Part shown: positions 36,233-49,400 of the stretch, one piece after another
How the letters are laid out: each line of letters starts with the position of its first letter
Position numbering within the stretch: the stretch's first letter is position 1
From: Phoronis australis
Lineage: Eukaryota > Animalia > Phoronida
Length of the DNA stretch: 64,000 nucleotides
Reading direction: 5' to 3'
Assembly (NCBI GenBank): GCA_002633005.1
Contig: NMRA01000370.1
Location: 248,001 to 312,000, forward strand
Position numbers and translations under genes: made by a program
The notes under the pieces: model-generated
Seen by the model: only the letters and a program-made list of their open reading frames with translations
What the model was told of the DNA's origin: nothing
Database searches by the model: none

Positions 36233-39200
36233 GTAAGTATAAGTCTATTTTTTAAGTATAGCATCATACATTTTGAGTCAGGGAACCAGTTTTTGGTACC
36301 AGTTTGCCCAACAAATCAAGCAACGTCACCGCAACACATACCGTAAACGTTCGGGTTAATGCCCTGGGCGGTTAAATTGGCAAACCCAAAAAATCGGGGG
36401 TGGGCGGTTAACCAGACATGGGCGCTTAAACGTGAAATTTCAAGAAATCCAGGGTGGGCAGTTAACTGAACATGGGCGCTTATTACGACAGGCAACCGCC
36501 CGGGGCGGTTAATCCTACCTCGGAACGCGTAGCACTTTTCAAAGAGCGTCATCATCACGTTGCCGCATGACGAGAAAAATGTCATAACAGCGGATGATCC
36601 TAACAAAGATTCTCTTGCCCTCAGATTAGTTATTCACTATTAAATTTACAGAATTGCTGAGTAATAGCCCCGTGGCGTCCTGCGGTCTTGTTACTTTGCC
36701 CTCTAGAGCGCAGACGACCAGTGACCACGCAGCCTCTACTTGGATTGCAACTATTTCAAGATGTGACCTTGTTAAAGTGCGTGCATGCAAGCTTCACGTG
36801 TTGCAGAGGTCACAGCAAACATCAAATTTATGGTTACAGTCTCGTACTGAGCTGCCAAGTTCGTAGTCTGAGAGTAGTTTTAAAATTAGTTGTAATAAAA
36901 GTTTGAAAACCTTAATTCAGATGTTTTTTGTGTTTAGGATGTTTATAGTCGACACTCCGTGACTCAATGACATTTTCAGCGTATGGTTCTGCGGCTAGCT
37001 GTTTTATCTCGACCGCCCGGCATTGCTCACTTGCCGTTGCGCCAAACATGCTCGGCAAAGAACTAGGCCTAAGACAAGAATCGGGGTTAAGCGGCCGTGA
37101 GCCACTCGTCAATCAAAAATAAAATTTCGAGCCACGACATAAATATGTGATAAAATGCCACAAAACAGCGATGTTTCAATTCATTCTTAAACGATCACCT
37201 TACCAAACTTTGTGGTGGAAAAACATTTATTTTTCATGCAAGATGTCCAGATTATCCTATTTATATCACTTGCAAGAGGCCTATCGCACTGCGGCACTGT
37301 TCGGTCCCGCTGTTAGCAAGCAATGTCTCAGTCGGCTGACAGTCTTGACTTGGAAATGCTGTCAAGTAATATAACGGCCTCTTTCAATATGCATCTCGTT
37401 TTTTATGGCCAAAGATAGCGGCGGGAATCAGCCCGCACGTAGGGCCTACGAGTGAGTCACCTGTCAATCACATGTTGGTGTCAAGGTAACATGCTCTGCA
37501 AAGTGTGGGAACTTGCGCACGTGCACCAAAATGACTACAAAGTCACACATCAAAAGAGAATAGCCCTAAGTAACAAAAACGGGCGTGACTATGTACTTTT
37601 AAGCTGTTGTTACAAAAGACCCAGTTCTTTACGATATTCCTCCGTTGCCAATGTTCCCCAAAACTGCGATGTCAACCCTATTCCGATATTTCCCGCTCGA
37701 TGCTCCCTAAGCCCATGCCCATAGCTAGCTGTGTGCATCTCCTACCCACTATCGCCGATTTTCAGTTAGTCTACGTCGTAGATGTTTCAGACTCGAATGG
37801 TAAGAATTTTTGTTCAGGCTGAAACTGGCCAATGTATAAACAAAATTATTCTGGATGGCGAAAAAGGGGATGTGAAAACGATAATTCACACAGTCATGCT
37901 TATACGTGGGGGCTGACGCAAGAAATAGTAAAGAACAGCCAGCCACATTAGTTAAATCTGCTAATGCCAGTTTGGCTGAGATGCAATAAGCGAAAAACAA
38001 AATTTGACTAGCAGTTTTTTATTACCTCAAGATCATACACAAACACACATTATTGCCAACCTTTGAATCCAGAAATCGATAGGCAGCAACGAAATCGGTA
38101 ACCCATTAAGGCACTTGTACTGTCCCTTCAGTCGCCACACATCTTCTATAACCCGGCAGTTACATTCATCAAAATATTGAGAATTTGACATCTTTCCGTG
38201 AGTTGTGAGATTTGCTCAAAGTACGAGAGCTTCCCACCTTAATAGAATTTGGAGGGCTGGCAAAACCATTGTCACATTTCTCTGGCCTTATTATTTCGAA
38301 TATATGATTTATCTAGTGCACTCAGCGCGGCAGACAAATTCGCTGAAAATGGAGGTTTTGACGCCGGCGGCGTTCTTAAACTTTGCAAACATGGGAAGAA
38401 AATAAAGTGACAAAAGCGTTCAAGTATATTTTGAAGTGAGTCCATGACCCTAAACAATAACTCGTTACTTGTATTGTAATTCACATTGTTAAAACCACCG
38501 TCTGGGAGGCCCGGCGTCGTTGCGCTCATTGTGATCATCGATCTTTTTCCAAAAGTCGGGGAATCGCGTGTTTCCTTAGCACTGGGCACTAAATCTTCAT
38601 TCTTTAAAAGTCCGGGATGGGCGCTTAACCGAGAGGTGGGCGCTTAACTGGAAATCTTCAAAAATCGCAGGGGGCGCTTAACTGAGCAGTGGGCGGTTAA
38701 ATCGAAAATCCACCTAAAGTAGGAGGTGGGCGGTTAACTGAGCATGGGCGTTAACCCGAACGTTTACGGTATTTATTACCACTAAGAATGCATAAAGCAT
38801 TTTTGAAGTGAAATGGTTGAGTTAACTTTCTTGGTCCAATGCGCCAAATCACAGGGCAGTTTTAGTAGTAATTGAACACGAAATATACCCTACCTTTTGG
38901 CCACTAACCCATTCAGTGCTATACGCCCCTATCGGCGAGATATGTACTTGCCCATTTTTGACCTGGTAAATTTTATTTTTCATAAGAAATAATTACAGTC
39001 TAATAACATCATCAGGCTACTGGCCAACAGCTTTTATTGACTCCTGCACTTGAATCATTTTTTTCAGTTTTCTCACGTTTGGTTTTGAAGAAATTTTTGT
39101 TGGTGGTGAATTTTACAATTTTTAGATAAAGTAAAACCAAAAATGTTAGCTTTCCCATTCATGAGTTGTATGGTATGCGTTTTATTCCATACTATTGTAT

Positions 39201-42200
39201 GAACTGTGTCCTAAAGAAAAATGCGTTCAGGTACAGCTCCACAATGGTCAGCTATATAAAATCACTTATACATTACTCTCATTGGTAAAATCTCAAGTGT
39301 CCCAAACTTTTTCTGTTGTTGTACTCTCTTTGTTTATTTTTTATCCATTTTATTCTTGAAAAATTTAAAATATAAATTTCAATTTTAGTATAAGAAAGTT
39401 CTACTTAGAAAAAACATCAATTTGGCAAAATCAAAGGCATGTTTGTGTAAAGACTGCATAATACATAAAGTCTAAAATCTCATCTTCTAGGCTGACGCCA
39501 CTTGTACTACTAGTGGATTATTAGTGATTGGTAAAAAACGTACGGTTGTGTTGGCGTCATTCTTGTCTTACCGGTGATTAAGAAAAGCTCTGACCAAAAT
39601 GTTTAATGAAGAAGATTTTTATAGTGACAAAAGCTACATTTTACATTAATTTATCTGTTGTTCTCTTCACAGTGACCTTCTCCTAGATAAGGAGACATCC
39701 ATAAAAGTGATGGAGGGAGCTTTCCGAAACCTGCCTGACACAGACTCATACAAAGCATCTAAGGAAATACTGAAAATGGTCCAATCTTTAACTAGCGACG
39801 ATTTGCTACTGGCTTGCATTACAGGCGAGTACAGAGTGTGGAATAAAAATGGTAGTCTTTGCCACTTAAATGTACTGTCCTGTGTTTTTCCACTTCCATG
39901 AAACTTCTTATGTTTGGGGTAGTTAAGTCAGTTAGACTTTCAATTTAGAGTATGGTATTTGTTCAGTTATTTCACAAATTTTAAAATAATGCCACTGTAA
40001 TTTTTCAATTTAAAAGGCTGATTACAGTGTTGCAAAAAATAGAAATTTTATTAAGTGTTTTTTATGACATCTACATGGTGCAAACAAGCTAATAAATGAC
40101 TAAAAATTTCACTAATCTTTATTTCTGTAGAGAAATATGATAAAATGAAATTTACGTCCTCCACTATTTTGTGTACGAAGTGAAGAATTATGGTATTTTT
40201 ACAGTTTCTTTGCTAAAAATTGCGTATGATAACAATTCTTCAGTCAGGTTGCTATTTTCAAAAACTGCCAATAATTCCAGTATTGCTGCACATACACCTA
40301 GTGCTGATTAGTGACAGCTAAAACTTCCCTACGTAATATATATTGTGTAGAAAAGTTCAGCAAAATGAGAATTTTTTTATGTATTCACGCAGTCGTAATT
40401 TTAAAATTTAAAGAGTCCTTTTAAGGTTTAAAAAACAATGCAATTGACACATAAATATAACGAGGCATGCGAAAAAGTCTCATTCTGTGCAGTGGTTAAG
40501 TGCAGAATGCATTGTTTTTAAAACCTAAAAAGAGGCTCTTTGTAACATGTCAACTGCGTGAATAAGGTGTATAACCTACGACAAATGCCTCTGTAAGAAA
40601 ATACATCCTCTATACTAAGATGAACCAGCATTGTGATGCTATTCCATATGTATAATGCATTTTTGTTTTTATATTCACTGTGTGTAGAATTCTGAAACAT
40701 TAATCTTATTAAGTGTCCACTCTAGCCCACAACAGTTTCTAAATGCAGATATCAGTGTGGTCCATTGTTAAGCATTGTTGCAGTCTTTTGTTCGTCATTG
40801 CGACTTTTACCTGGTATGTCAATTGTCTACCTCAGTTCAAGTAGTTTCTTCAGCCCAGCTGCATTTTATTACAGTGAAGTCATTACTGTCGTGGCATTTG
40901 CTCTTCTCCACACAAAAGCAAGTTAGATCAGTGTTCGTGATATCAAGGGTTGATGAGACTCATGGACCTTGTACAAAGTTCTTGACAAAGTTTCTTATGT
41001 ACTCATTGCAATTGTGAGTAGTAACACATTCATATTCCTCTCAGCTTTTTGTCATTCATTTGTTTCACCACTAGGTGGAGCATCAGCCCTCCTCTCTTAT
41101 CCAGTACCATCCGTTACTGTTGATGATCTAGTAAAGGTAACAAGATTGATAGCTGGCCGAGGTGGGGACATTAAAGACCTCAACACCGTGCGACAAAACA
41201 TTGAGGTTCTCAAGGCGGGGGGACTGGCGCATGCTGCCCGTCCTGCACAGGTAAATTGTCTCATATGTTCTTAAGTTTTGTCGACACTGGGGTACAACAT
41301 GGAACAGTGAATTTAGTTGCTCACATATTTTAGACCTGTTGTGGATAGAGTGTCAGCAGGGTTAAATTGTTGTTTGTTAATGTTATGCTGAACTTTATCC
41401 ACTTATTGGTGTATTAATCCAAATATCTACAATTAAATTAAATATAGATTTTAAATTGGTGAGAATATTATTCTCAGCAAGTTCCAAGCCTGCAGAATTA
41501 GATTTTTGATTTTTTATCATATATCATTAATGTGAAAATATATTTTTCAGCTGTCCGCCATGTTGTGTCCAAGAGTCGTGACATTTGACTGTATTCTTTG
41601 TTTTTTGTTTTAAGCTGTTACTCAGGATAGGATGTCCTGCTTTGAAATCCGCAACTTCTTGTCAGCTATGAAATTGGCTGTGTCAGCACTAACAGTCTGA
41701 ATTTGAGGAATGTTTTGTGATGTATAGAGTCAGCGCTTCCTCAAGATTGTTACATGATTGTGATCACTCACTTCTTTCAGGTGATTGCTTTGATCTTGTC
41801 AGACATCATTGATGACCCCCTGAATATGATCGCCAGCGGGCCTACTGTGCAGTGTAATACCTCAGCTAAAGAGTGCCTGGACTTGTTTATGAAGTATCAA
41901 ATCATGGATGAGGTATGTATGTGTAGGTAATGGTGCCCACATTTTGAGAACCAATCCTCTCCACTCAGAGTAACGGGTATCAAACTGGTTCTCAAAATAT
42001 GGGCACATTATATCCGACTATTGCCGTATGTGTAGGCACGCATTGCCGATGGCAACCGTTAAAGTTCCATGATCATCAGAGTTTCAACTTTTGTTGGTTT
42101 CAGACAGATTGTGTTCCTTATGGCCCCACAGTATTCAGTAGTGTGTGGCTTTAATGTAAAGACTAGGGCTTCTGCAACATCAATAGAAACTGAAGAAATC

Positions 42201-44804
42201 TCATCAGATTTTCTGATTGGTTTCAAGAAAATAAGGCTTGGTGAGAAAGAGCTGTTATTATTTTGTATTCGGGGTGAATTTCAATTTTCTGTGAACTTCA
42301 TGCCCGTCAAAAAAAATTTCCATCATTATCACAACACATTCAGATATGCACTCTGAAAGTGGAACTGCAAAGTTACTTTAAGTCAGATCTAGCCATTCCG
42401 AGACATTTTATAAGGAAACTTAGGTAAAATCCATCTTATTTAAAGAGCTGAGTGTATGACCTGGGACGACTGTTCAGCTGGGGAAACGGTTTTGAGTTAA
42501 CAAATATCAGACTCGCGCGCATTCTCAATTGGTTTCAAAATAAATAGTTGATATCATTTGAAGTAATAAGTGACAAACAAGAGCTAGTGACACTATTTAA
42601 ATAGTTTATAATGGACAATTGTAAGGTACAGTGCACGCCAAATGTATTCAGACAAAATGACCCAGAGTTCCAAATTCATCGTCAGTCTTTCCTGATTGTC
42701 GATAATGAAGGGGAATTAACAGAAAGGTGGCAAAGCCATTCTGTAATTAGATTTAATAGTTTTTACCAGTAATTTTTGCTGCTAATAGAATTAGCTGTCA
42801 TAGCGGTAAATTGATATTTTGTCAAATGGTCTTGTACTGTAGAAGTCCGTCTCTCGTAATGGGAACCTAACTTTAAAGTGGATCTTGCACGCTAATTCCT
42901 TATCTCAGAGATTTCTTAGTCAAATTAGTAATAGAAACACAACATATGGCGATGATGTGAATATGGCGTTTGTTGAAAATTTCCAGATGTTTTTAAGAAC
43001 GAGTTTTGGGTCAAAAATAATCTTCTGTAAATCACTCAACCACATCCAGTAAGTATTGTGACGTGGTGTTGCGAAATTTCATTGCAAGATGCAGGCTTTG
43101 TGAGCCCCCAAGGTACGTCATTAGTGCAAAGGTCACCTATTTGCACATTTACAATTTTGTTTAGTGTAGACGATGTTCAAATAGCATTGTCGTTTAGTTC
43201 TTGCAATACATTAAGCATAGTTAGGAAAATGCAAATAATTAGAACAAGGTGCAGAGGTTGAAGGATTGAAATGTTGAATTTTGTCAATAAGCAACTTTAA
43301 AAAAATCAGTCTCATGTTATTCGTTATCCATATTAGAATTGATTTTTAGCATTGAGAAGAATTGAGCTTGTTGTAGCTTCAGACCAGGCTCATGAAGTTT
43401 GTTTGTCACAGCGAATAAGTTTCAAACAAGAAGGCAGTATGGCTGCCAGTGTAATTCCATAGTTATTTACCAATTTCAATTCAAAGAAACCATAAAAATG
43501 TCAGGATGTTGCTATGGAAGTGCAGATTTATGCCTCAAGATATTTGGTGTTTTTAACACCAGGATGTGGTATATAGTGACTTTTATTAGATTTTCATTGC
43601 ATTTATGCCCTTTTGCCCCAGGTGTCGCCACTGAAATGTCATCCACTGTGGGATATTTACATGACTCACTGTAGTGTTCACCATTGACAATGTACCCTTA
43701 GTCCGTATTTAAATCTGAAATTTTGAGCTCAAACTCTGAACTCGTAGCTTTAATGGTGGGGTCATAAAGTACAAACTTGGATAATACACTTCTCTGTTCA
43801 AATCGAATTGTTATAGAGCTTAAAATCACAGGGTGTTGTGTTGAGTTCATGTTTTAGAATACGAGAAAATATATAAAAAATGATCTTAGAGTTTGAGTTT
43901 CAGGCACACAGCTGACGGCCATTTGTGGCTGTGTGTTGAAATTAGTCACTCAGTTTTGATGATTTATTGAACCCCTGTTGGCATATTTCAGGTTCCCAGA
44001 TCGGTGATCAATTACTTGCAGGAGAAGTCAGTGTCACAGTTTCATCTGAGTGAATCAAACCGTAACAAAGGAATATCCAGGTCATATGTCAGTGACACCT
44101 GTGGTCACGTGAATAACATCTTGGTGGGAACGAACACCACTGCTCTTGAAGCAGCTGCGAAAGAAGCTTCCAAGCGAGGGTTCCACTCATTTGTGCTCTC
44201 CGCCAATCAGACAGGAGAAGCAAGGCAGGTTGCGAACAATTTTGTCGAAATCGCTAAATACATGATAATGGCTTATGCTTGTACTGGTCAGAACAAGCCC
44301 AATTCTGACCTTGTGAAAGCAGAACTCGATCTAGTCAATATGGGTATAACCAAGGAAACTGTTCGCTGTTGTCATAGGAATGTTGTCCAGGCAGCCAATA
44401 AAGGTAAGGGCTTGTGTTTGGTGAATGGAGGAGAGACTGTGGTCAAGGTCAGAGGTCACGGCCAGGGCGGACGCAACACGGAATTTGCACTGGCGGCCGC
44501 AATAAGTTTGAAACAGGCTTGGGAGTGTGGAGTGTTTGATAAGAATTTCCGAGTTGAGATGCTCAGCGCTGGCACTGACGGTCAGGATGGGACATGTGAT
44601 GCCGCAGGGGCACTAGCCGATGTTGCCGTGACGACTGAAGCTGAGGGGGTGGGGCTAAACGCTAACGCTTTTTTGAAGGATAATGATTCATACACGTTCT
44701 TCAATCAGTTGAATGGCGGGAAGTATCTTGTGAATACAGGGTTGACGGGAACAAATGTAATGGATATACAGTTGATGTTAGTGCAGCCCCCTGGTGTCAA
44801 GTAG
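35775..44804 (+). CDS. GLYCTK: Glycerate kinase (MOFRL family); 5 coding exons, ~576 aa
   Basis: Exons 35775-36232, 39673-39824, 41075-41250, 41781-41912, 43992-44804 (1731 nt). Motifs VVGVGKAS, ITGGASALL, LILSDIIDDPLNMIASGPT, GGETVV, GQGGRNTE, GTDGQDG, TGLTGTNVMD. Confidence 0.93.
36341..38769. mobile_element. 2.4-kb non-autonomous Tc1/mariner-superfamily-type element in GLYCTK intron 1
   Basis: 19-bp perfect TIR CCGTAAACGTTCGGGTTAA; TA TSD (36339-40, 38770-71); multiple subterminal TGGGCG(G/C)TTAA repeats at each end. Confidence 0.9.
39673..39824 (+). CDS. GLYCTK: GLYCTK exon 2 (ends at a GC donor)
   Basis: IKVMEGAFRNLPD..DDLLLACIT(G)|gcgagt. Confidence 0.88.
40381..40570. mobile_element. 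Degenerate copy of the 25230-25415 palindromic MITE
   Basis: GTATTCACGCAGTCG...AAAACCTAAAAAGAGGCTC...ACTGCGTGAATAAGGTG. Confidence 0.65.
41075..41250 (+). CDS. GLYCTK: GLYCTK exon 3
   Basis: GASALLSYP..GGDIKDLNTVRQNIEVLKAGGLAHAARPAQ|gtaaat. Confidence 0.92.
41781..41912 (+). CDS. GLYCTK: GLYCTK exon 4
   Basis: VIALILSDIIDDPLNMIASGPTV..MDE|gtatgt. Confidence 0.92.
43992..44804 (+). CDS. GLYCTK: GLYCTK terminal exon (MOFRL domain)
   Basis: tttcag|VPRSVINYL..GGETVVKVRGHGQGGRNTE..GTDGQDG..TGTNVMDIQLML..TAG. Confidence 0.95.
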   Translation, partial: VPRSVINYLQEKSVSQFHLSESNRNKGISRSYVSDTCGHVNNILVGTNTTALEAAAKEASKRGFHSFVLSANQTGEARQVANNFVEIAKYMIMAYACTGQNKPNSDLVKAELDLVNMGITKETVRCCHRNVVQAANKGKGLCLVNGGETVVKVRGHGQGGRNTEFALAAAISLKQAWECGVFDKNFRVEMLSAGTDGQDGTCDAAGALADVAVTTEAEGVGLNANAFLKDNDSYTFFNQLNGGKYLVNTGLTGTNVMDIQLMLVQPPGVK

Positions 44805-44936
44805 GCAAGAACAGTGATTTAATTTAAATTTATATAGTCAGTTCAATGCTGCCATATGTCTGTGATCACAGATGAGGATATATTGATGATGTGAAAGGTT
44901 TTATTCTTGTGTAAATCGCAATACCTCTTGGGATAA

Positions 44937-45351
44937 GGTTGTGTGGGACCCTTTTGACAAGTCCGCATTTAGCTATATATCAACAAAACTCTGTTAATGT
45001 ATATATTTTCTGAAAGTAGAAATCCTGTAGACAGTAATTTTGAGAGTCATTTGACCATGGTACCAATAGCATGGCCAGATTGCTTTCGATATCAAACGTC
45101 AAGATGAAATTTCAAAAACAAAGCTACTGTTTTCTGAAATATCGTTTTGTTTCGTTTTTGTGCAGATTGGAATTTTTTTCATAAAAATCATATTTCTGGT
45201 AGTCGTTCATGCGAAAGTGGAACTGATTAAAAGCAAGCAAGAGCAATCCATAAAACGTAGTATAGGAAAGTTTCATACGAAGTTGGTCAGCCACTTAGAT
45301 TTGACATTCTGAACTTTGCTATTTGGAATTTTTTTAGGGTCCTTCACACCC
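44937..45351. mobile_element. Possible degenerate MITE in the GLYCTK 3' UTR region
   Basis: Weak TIR: GGTTGTGTGGGACCC vs reverse complement GGGTGTGAAGGACCC, with (T)TAA flanks. Confidence 0.35.
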
Positions 45352-46409
45352 TTAACATGGTGGGGTTATAGATGCAGCAAACCAACTTGTGAAGTTTCAT
45401 TGTTATTATAATTATTGTTGTTGTTATTAAGTACAATTAAATTTCTAAAGGAAAATCTGAATAATGTTAAGTTGCAAGCCTAGTCATGGTTTATGGTTTA
45501 AATACTTTTCTTTTTGATTTGTGGTAAAAATTTTGGTGCTTTTGTTGCCTGTATGAAATTGATGATGAGACCATTAAGTTTTCTGGTTTTATTTGTGCCA
45601 TAAAGATGTTCAGTTCAATCTTGTTGAAACGTACATCTGTTGACCTTGGGATTTCTTTATAGGTCATTGCATCTTGAATGACTTAAGTTGTAAACCCTTT
45701 TGCCGCAGACTTTAATTTGTGAATTCTCTTTTTTGGCTGAGATTTTATTTGTTTTCATTTCCCTGATACGCCAACCCACTGCAGCATTTTTGTAAAGAAG
45801 TAGGCTTACAATAATGTAGTATTTCACTGTACTTCTGATGACATAATTCTGACAGTGTATATTTAGTCGTGCTGTAAGGGCGAACTGTTGTGACGCTAAA
45901 ACGGCCGCTGTTGGTTTTCTGGCCGATGGTCAATTGGGACAGAAAGTTTTAAACGTTCTATCGGTTTACATTGTAAACTATTGTGACTGGCACTGAAATA
46001 CATTGGATGAAATCGGGGGTTGGAAAGTTTGTATGTCGTATTGTTGCAAACGGTCGAAAGGGGGCACTTTGTAACGAGGTTTGACTTTGTATCAACAAAC
46101 AGGCAGATTGGAAGATTTTACCCCCTGAGGAATACGGTGATGTTGTGTCCCCATGAGTCATAATCAGTGTAATTAGTGTAATTGGCCCAGCCTTGCGGCC
46201 TAAACACGCCTGATGTACTGCAAAAGGCCACCTGCAATCTTTTTTGGTATCACGTTACATAAGATTATACTAATCCTGGTTGGACAGTTTCTTTTTAATT
46301 TAATTTAAACTTTATTGACTTAAAAATTGTTGCTTTTAGTTTTTAAATTTGATGAATGGAGGAGCCCATTGATGCAGTTCATGCTGTAAATCATGGGCAA
46401 TTTTTTGAT

Positions 46410-46415
46410 GAATAA
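46410..46415 (+). promoter_or_regulatory. Candidate GLYCTK polyadenylation signal
   Basis: AATAAA ending a T-rich stretch downstream of the stop, followed by a GT/T-rich tract. Confidence 0.4.
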
Positions 46416-49400
46416 AAGATATTTTATTCTGGAAATGACTACGTAACGTTTTGATTGTGAATTGTGGATGTTTGGTTACCTTTTCTTACTTGAACCTGTT
46501 TTGCTGTTTGAAAAGTCAAAACTAAAGCTATAAGTCACTTCAGTAGCCTTGCAAAACCATTCATAAACATTATTTTCCTTATTGTGATAAGCATACGATT
46601 CCCTTGTCACAATGTACGTGAACTGCCAGGGTCAAGCACACAAATACACTAGAAAATCATGACTACCCAGCCCTTTCGAAATTTGACCAGCTCAAATCGA
46701 TGACGGGTTATCCCTTAATTTCTACTGAACGTTGAACCAGGTACTATCGTGGCACGGAAATTCTCAATTTCACCTAAATCAGTGGTAAAGTGCAGCTATA
46801 AATTCTCTGAGTGTATTGGCTTTAGTTTCATCAGTCAATGTTTCAGTGTACAATTGCTAGCACAATGGTTCTCAAAAGAAAAGGATCGAAAATTCACAGC
46901 TTGACAACCACACAAATTTTTTCCTTCTAACCGTCGGCAACAACTGGGTCTCGCAAAGTACGCCAAACTTTACCTTTATTGACAGGTAGCGCAACCTGGT
47001 AAACACCACAATGTGTTAATAAGTATTCTCAAAATGGTGAATGATAAGTGTTTTCAAGAGAATGCCAACACCTCTTGATGGGAACCAAGGCTCAAGAATG
47101 CTCAAATTGGTGATCAAGTGTACACAGTCTTACTTCACACTCTGTGTTCGTGGTTATCTTTTCGGCTGAATACAATTTATTCTTTTCTCACAAGCTATGT
47201 TCTTTTCTCATTCTCTACAATTAGGGGGATTTCACCTACAGCACTGTTGCGGTTCTTAAAATGTATCGCGAGTAGAAATGTTGGCTTATAATCATGAAAT
47301 CGTAGACATTCTGTGTATGTGTAATCAGATTTATGATTTGCGTTTGGGAGACAAGATTAACTGGAGATTGGGTGGTTTGCCCCCTGACAATCTCGTGTGA
47401 AAGATTTGGTTCTACACGACATTGATCAGACGCATTTTGAGGCATTTTGCCATGATGGTTGTTTTGTTGTACTCGCTTGAAAAACATGTCGCAGTGAAAC
47501 CATGTCTTCAATTTTAATGTGCTCAAATGGTGTTACTTTTAGTCATATTGTTTACATACCACCAAGCTAGATATGACGTCACTGGATGTAAACGATCAAC
47601 AATGCATTTAAAAAACAACAGCAGTGGCAGAGATGAAATCCCTGAATTCTTTTCTTAAGAGTATGTGCGACCTTTTCTCATGAAGCACACATTTACAACG
47701 TATTACTTTCATTAGATAATCAAAATGTCGGCTAATGGGTTTTATCTTGTTTATAGATAAAAATTTAGAAACTCGTTTATCCACAACAATTGAGATGAAT
47801 TGTTTCACTGAGACTGAATTGTGACATTTCGCGAGGTTTTGTAGTTGCCATGTCTCAAAAGTTTATGCATGAATTGAACACAATGGCCTTAGTGTAAAGT
47901 AAAACACGCAACTGTATATCCTATTGTGTGAGTTATGCATTTTTTTCCATAAACTTGAAAATTCATTTCAAATTGAATGCAAAACCTGCAGAATTATTAG
48001 CTGCATGCACTTCAGTAAAAATTTTGCATCAGACTTGCTCAAAAAAATTTACACAAAGAGACCTTGTGTTCAATTTATAAAAGTTTTACGTGTTTCTGTT
48101 TTGCAAATTGTTGCCTCAACGGGTCACCAGAACTTCCAAATGTTCTCAAAATAATGTTTATTTACAAAGGCCCATATTTTACATGTTACAAATAAATCCC
48201 TTAATGAGTATTAAACCTAAACGCAACATGTTTCACATCAGATATTTTCAATGGTGTCTCAGTGAAAATGATAAAACATTCCTGGTTTGGCAAAAAATAG
48301 CTTATCTGGTTCTGGTCTGTGTCTGACTCATTCTGGACCCTGCGTTTTACTGCAGGCATTAGGCGATGGGTAAAAAAGATGAATGCCAACCCCTTTAAGC
48401 TGGCACCAGGTGGCACTGTTGAAAAAAGAATCCTGATCCATTTCAGCTGGCCACAGGTGGCTTTCTTTTTGAAAATATTAGACAGCAAAAAACATGCATC
48501 AATTTTCAATTAAAAAAACAGACCACAACTAATTATGCTATTTTTTAAGGCCTGATAACGAAAAATGTCATTTCCATAATGGCCGAGTGTTATTCAACTG
48601 GCTTGGCTAAGCTGTGTATGAACGACACCACACACAGTTCACAGTCACTGGAGGGTGAAATCGTGCACCTGATTATCCATGGTATGTCCCATGCAACATC
48701 ACCGAGACATACTACGATTGATAAAATGTGCTCACTATAAAGGAATTGACTTCTGTTACGATGAATATATATATATATTTCCCATCAATTATATGCAATT
48801 GTGCTCAAAAACGTCCAACGTCAAAAATGTGTGAGGCATTGATTGCATCATTTTTCTTGATCATTTATAAAACAAGTTCAAAAATGTTTTACGATTTCAA
48901 AAAAAGGATGTGCTGTTTCAATTAAAACAGACGGCTGGGTTATGCAATTAGTTTTGAGACGAGCCAGCCAACAGACTACACAAACTCAATTACAAATCAA
49001 ATTAAGAATGTGCAAACTGACTGTGTGCCAAACTTGACCTTTCTTTTTGTTAAGTAGTGCTTTTCAGTATTCCTACACCATGACAAAAACCAATAGTTCA
49101 ATATGAAACATTTGACCTACACATGACAGCGTTTTCCCGTTCAGTGACTTTACCAGACAAAGGGAGTTGTGAGCCTGTGACAACATCTAGCTCATTTGTT
49201 AACTGCCAGGCACACTCTTTTGTCTGTTATGACAACAGGCAGGCCAATTATCTACCAGGCTTATTACAGACCATGTGTGAACACAGTCAAACCCAGAGTG
49301 AATTGGTACATTCGGAAAGAATAGATTATCGTAACTTCGGTTGCAGTTGGACGATTTTGGCTATTCAAAAACTAAACATGATCACCATTTGACGAGGATT

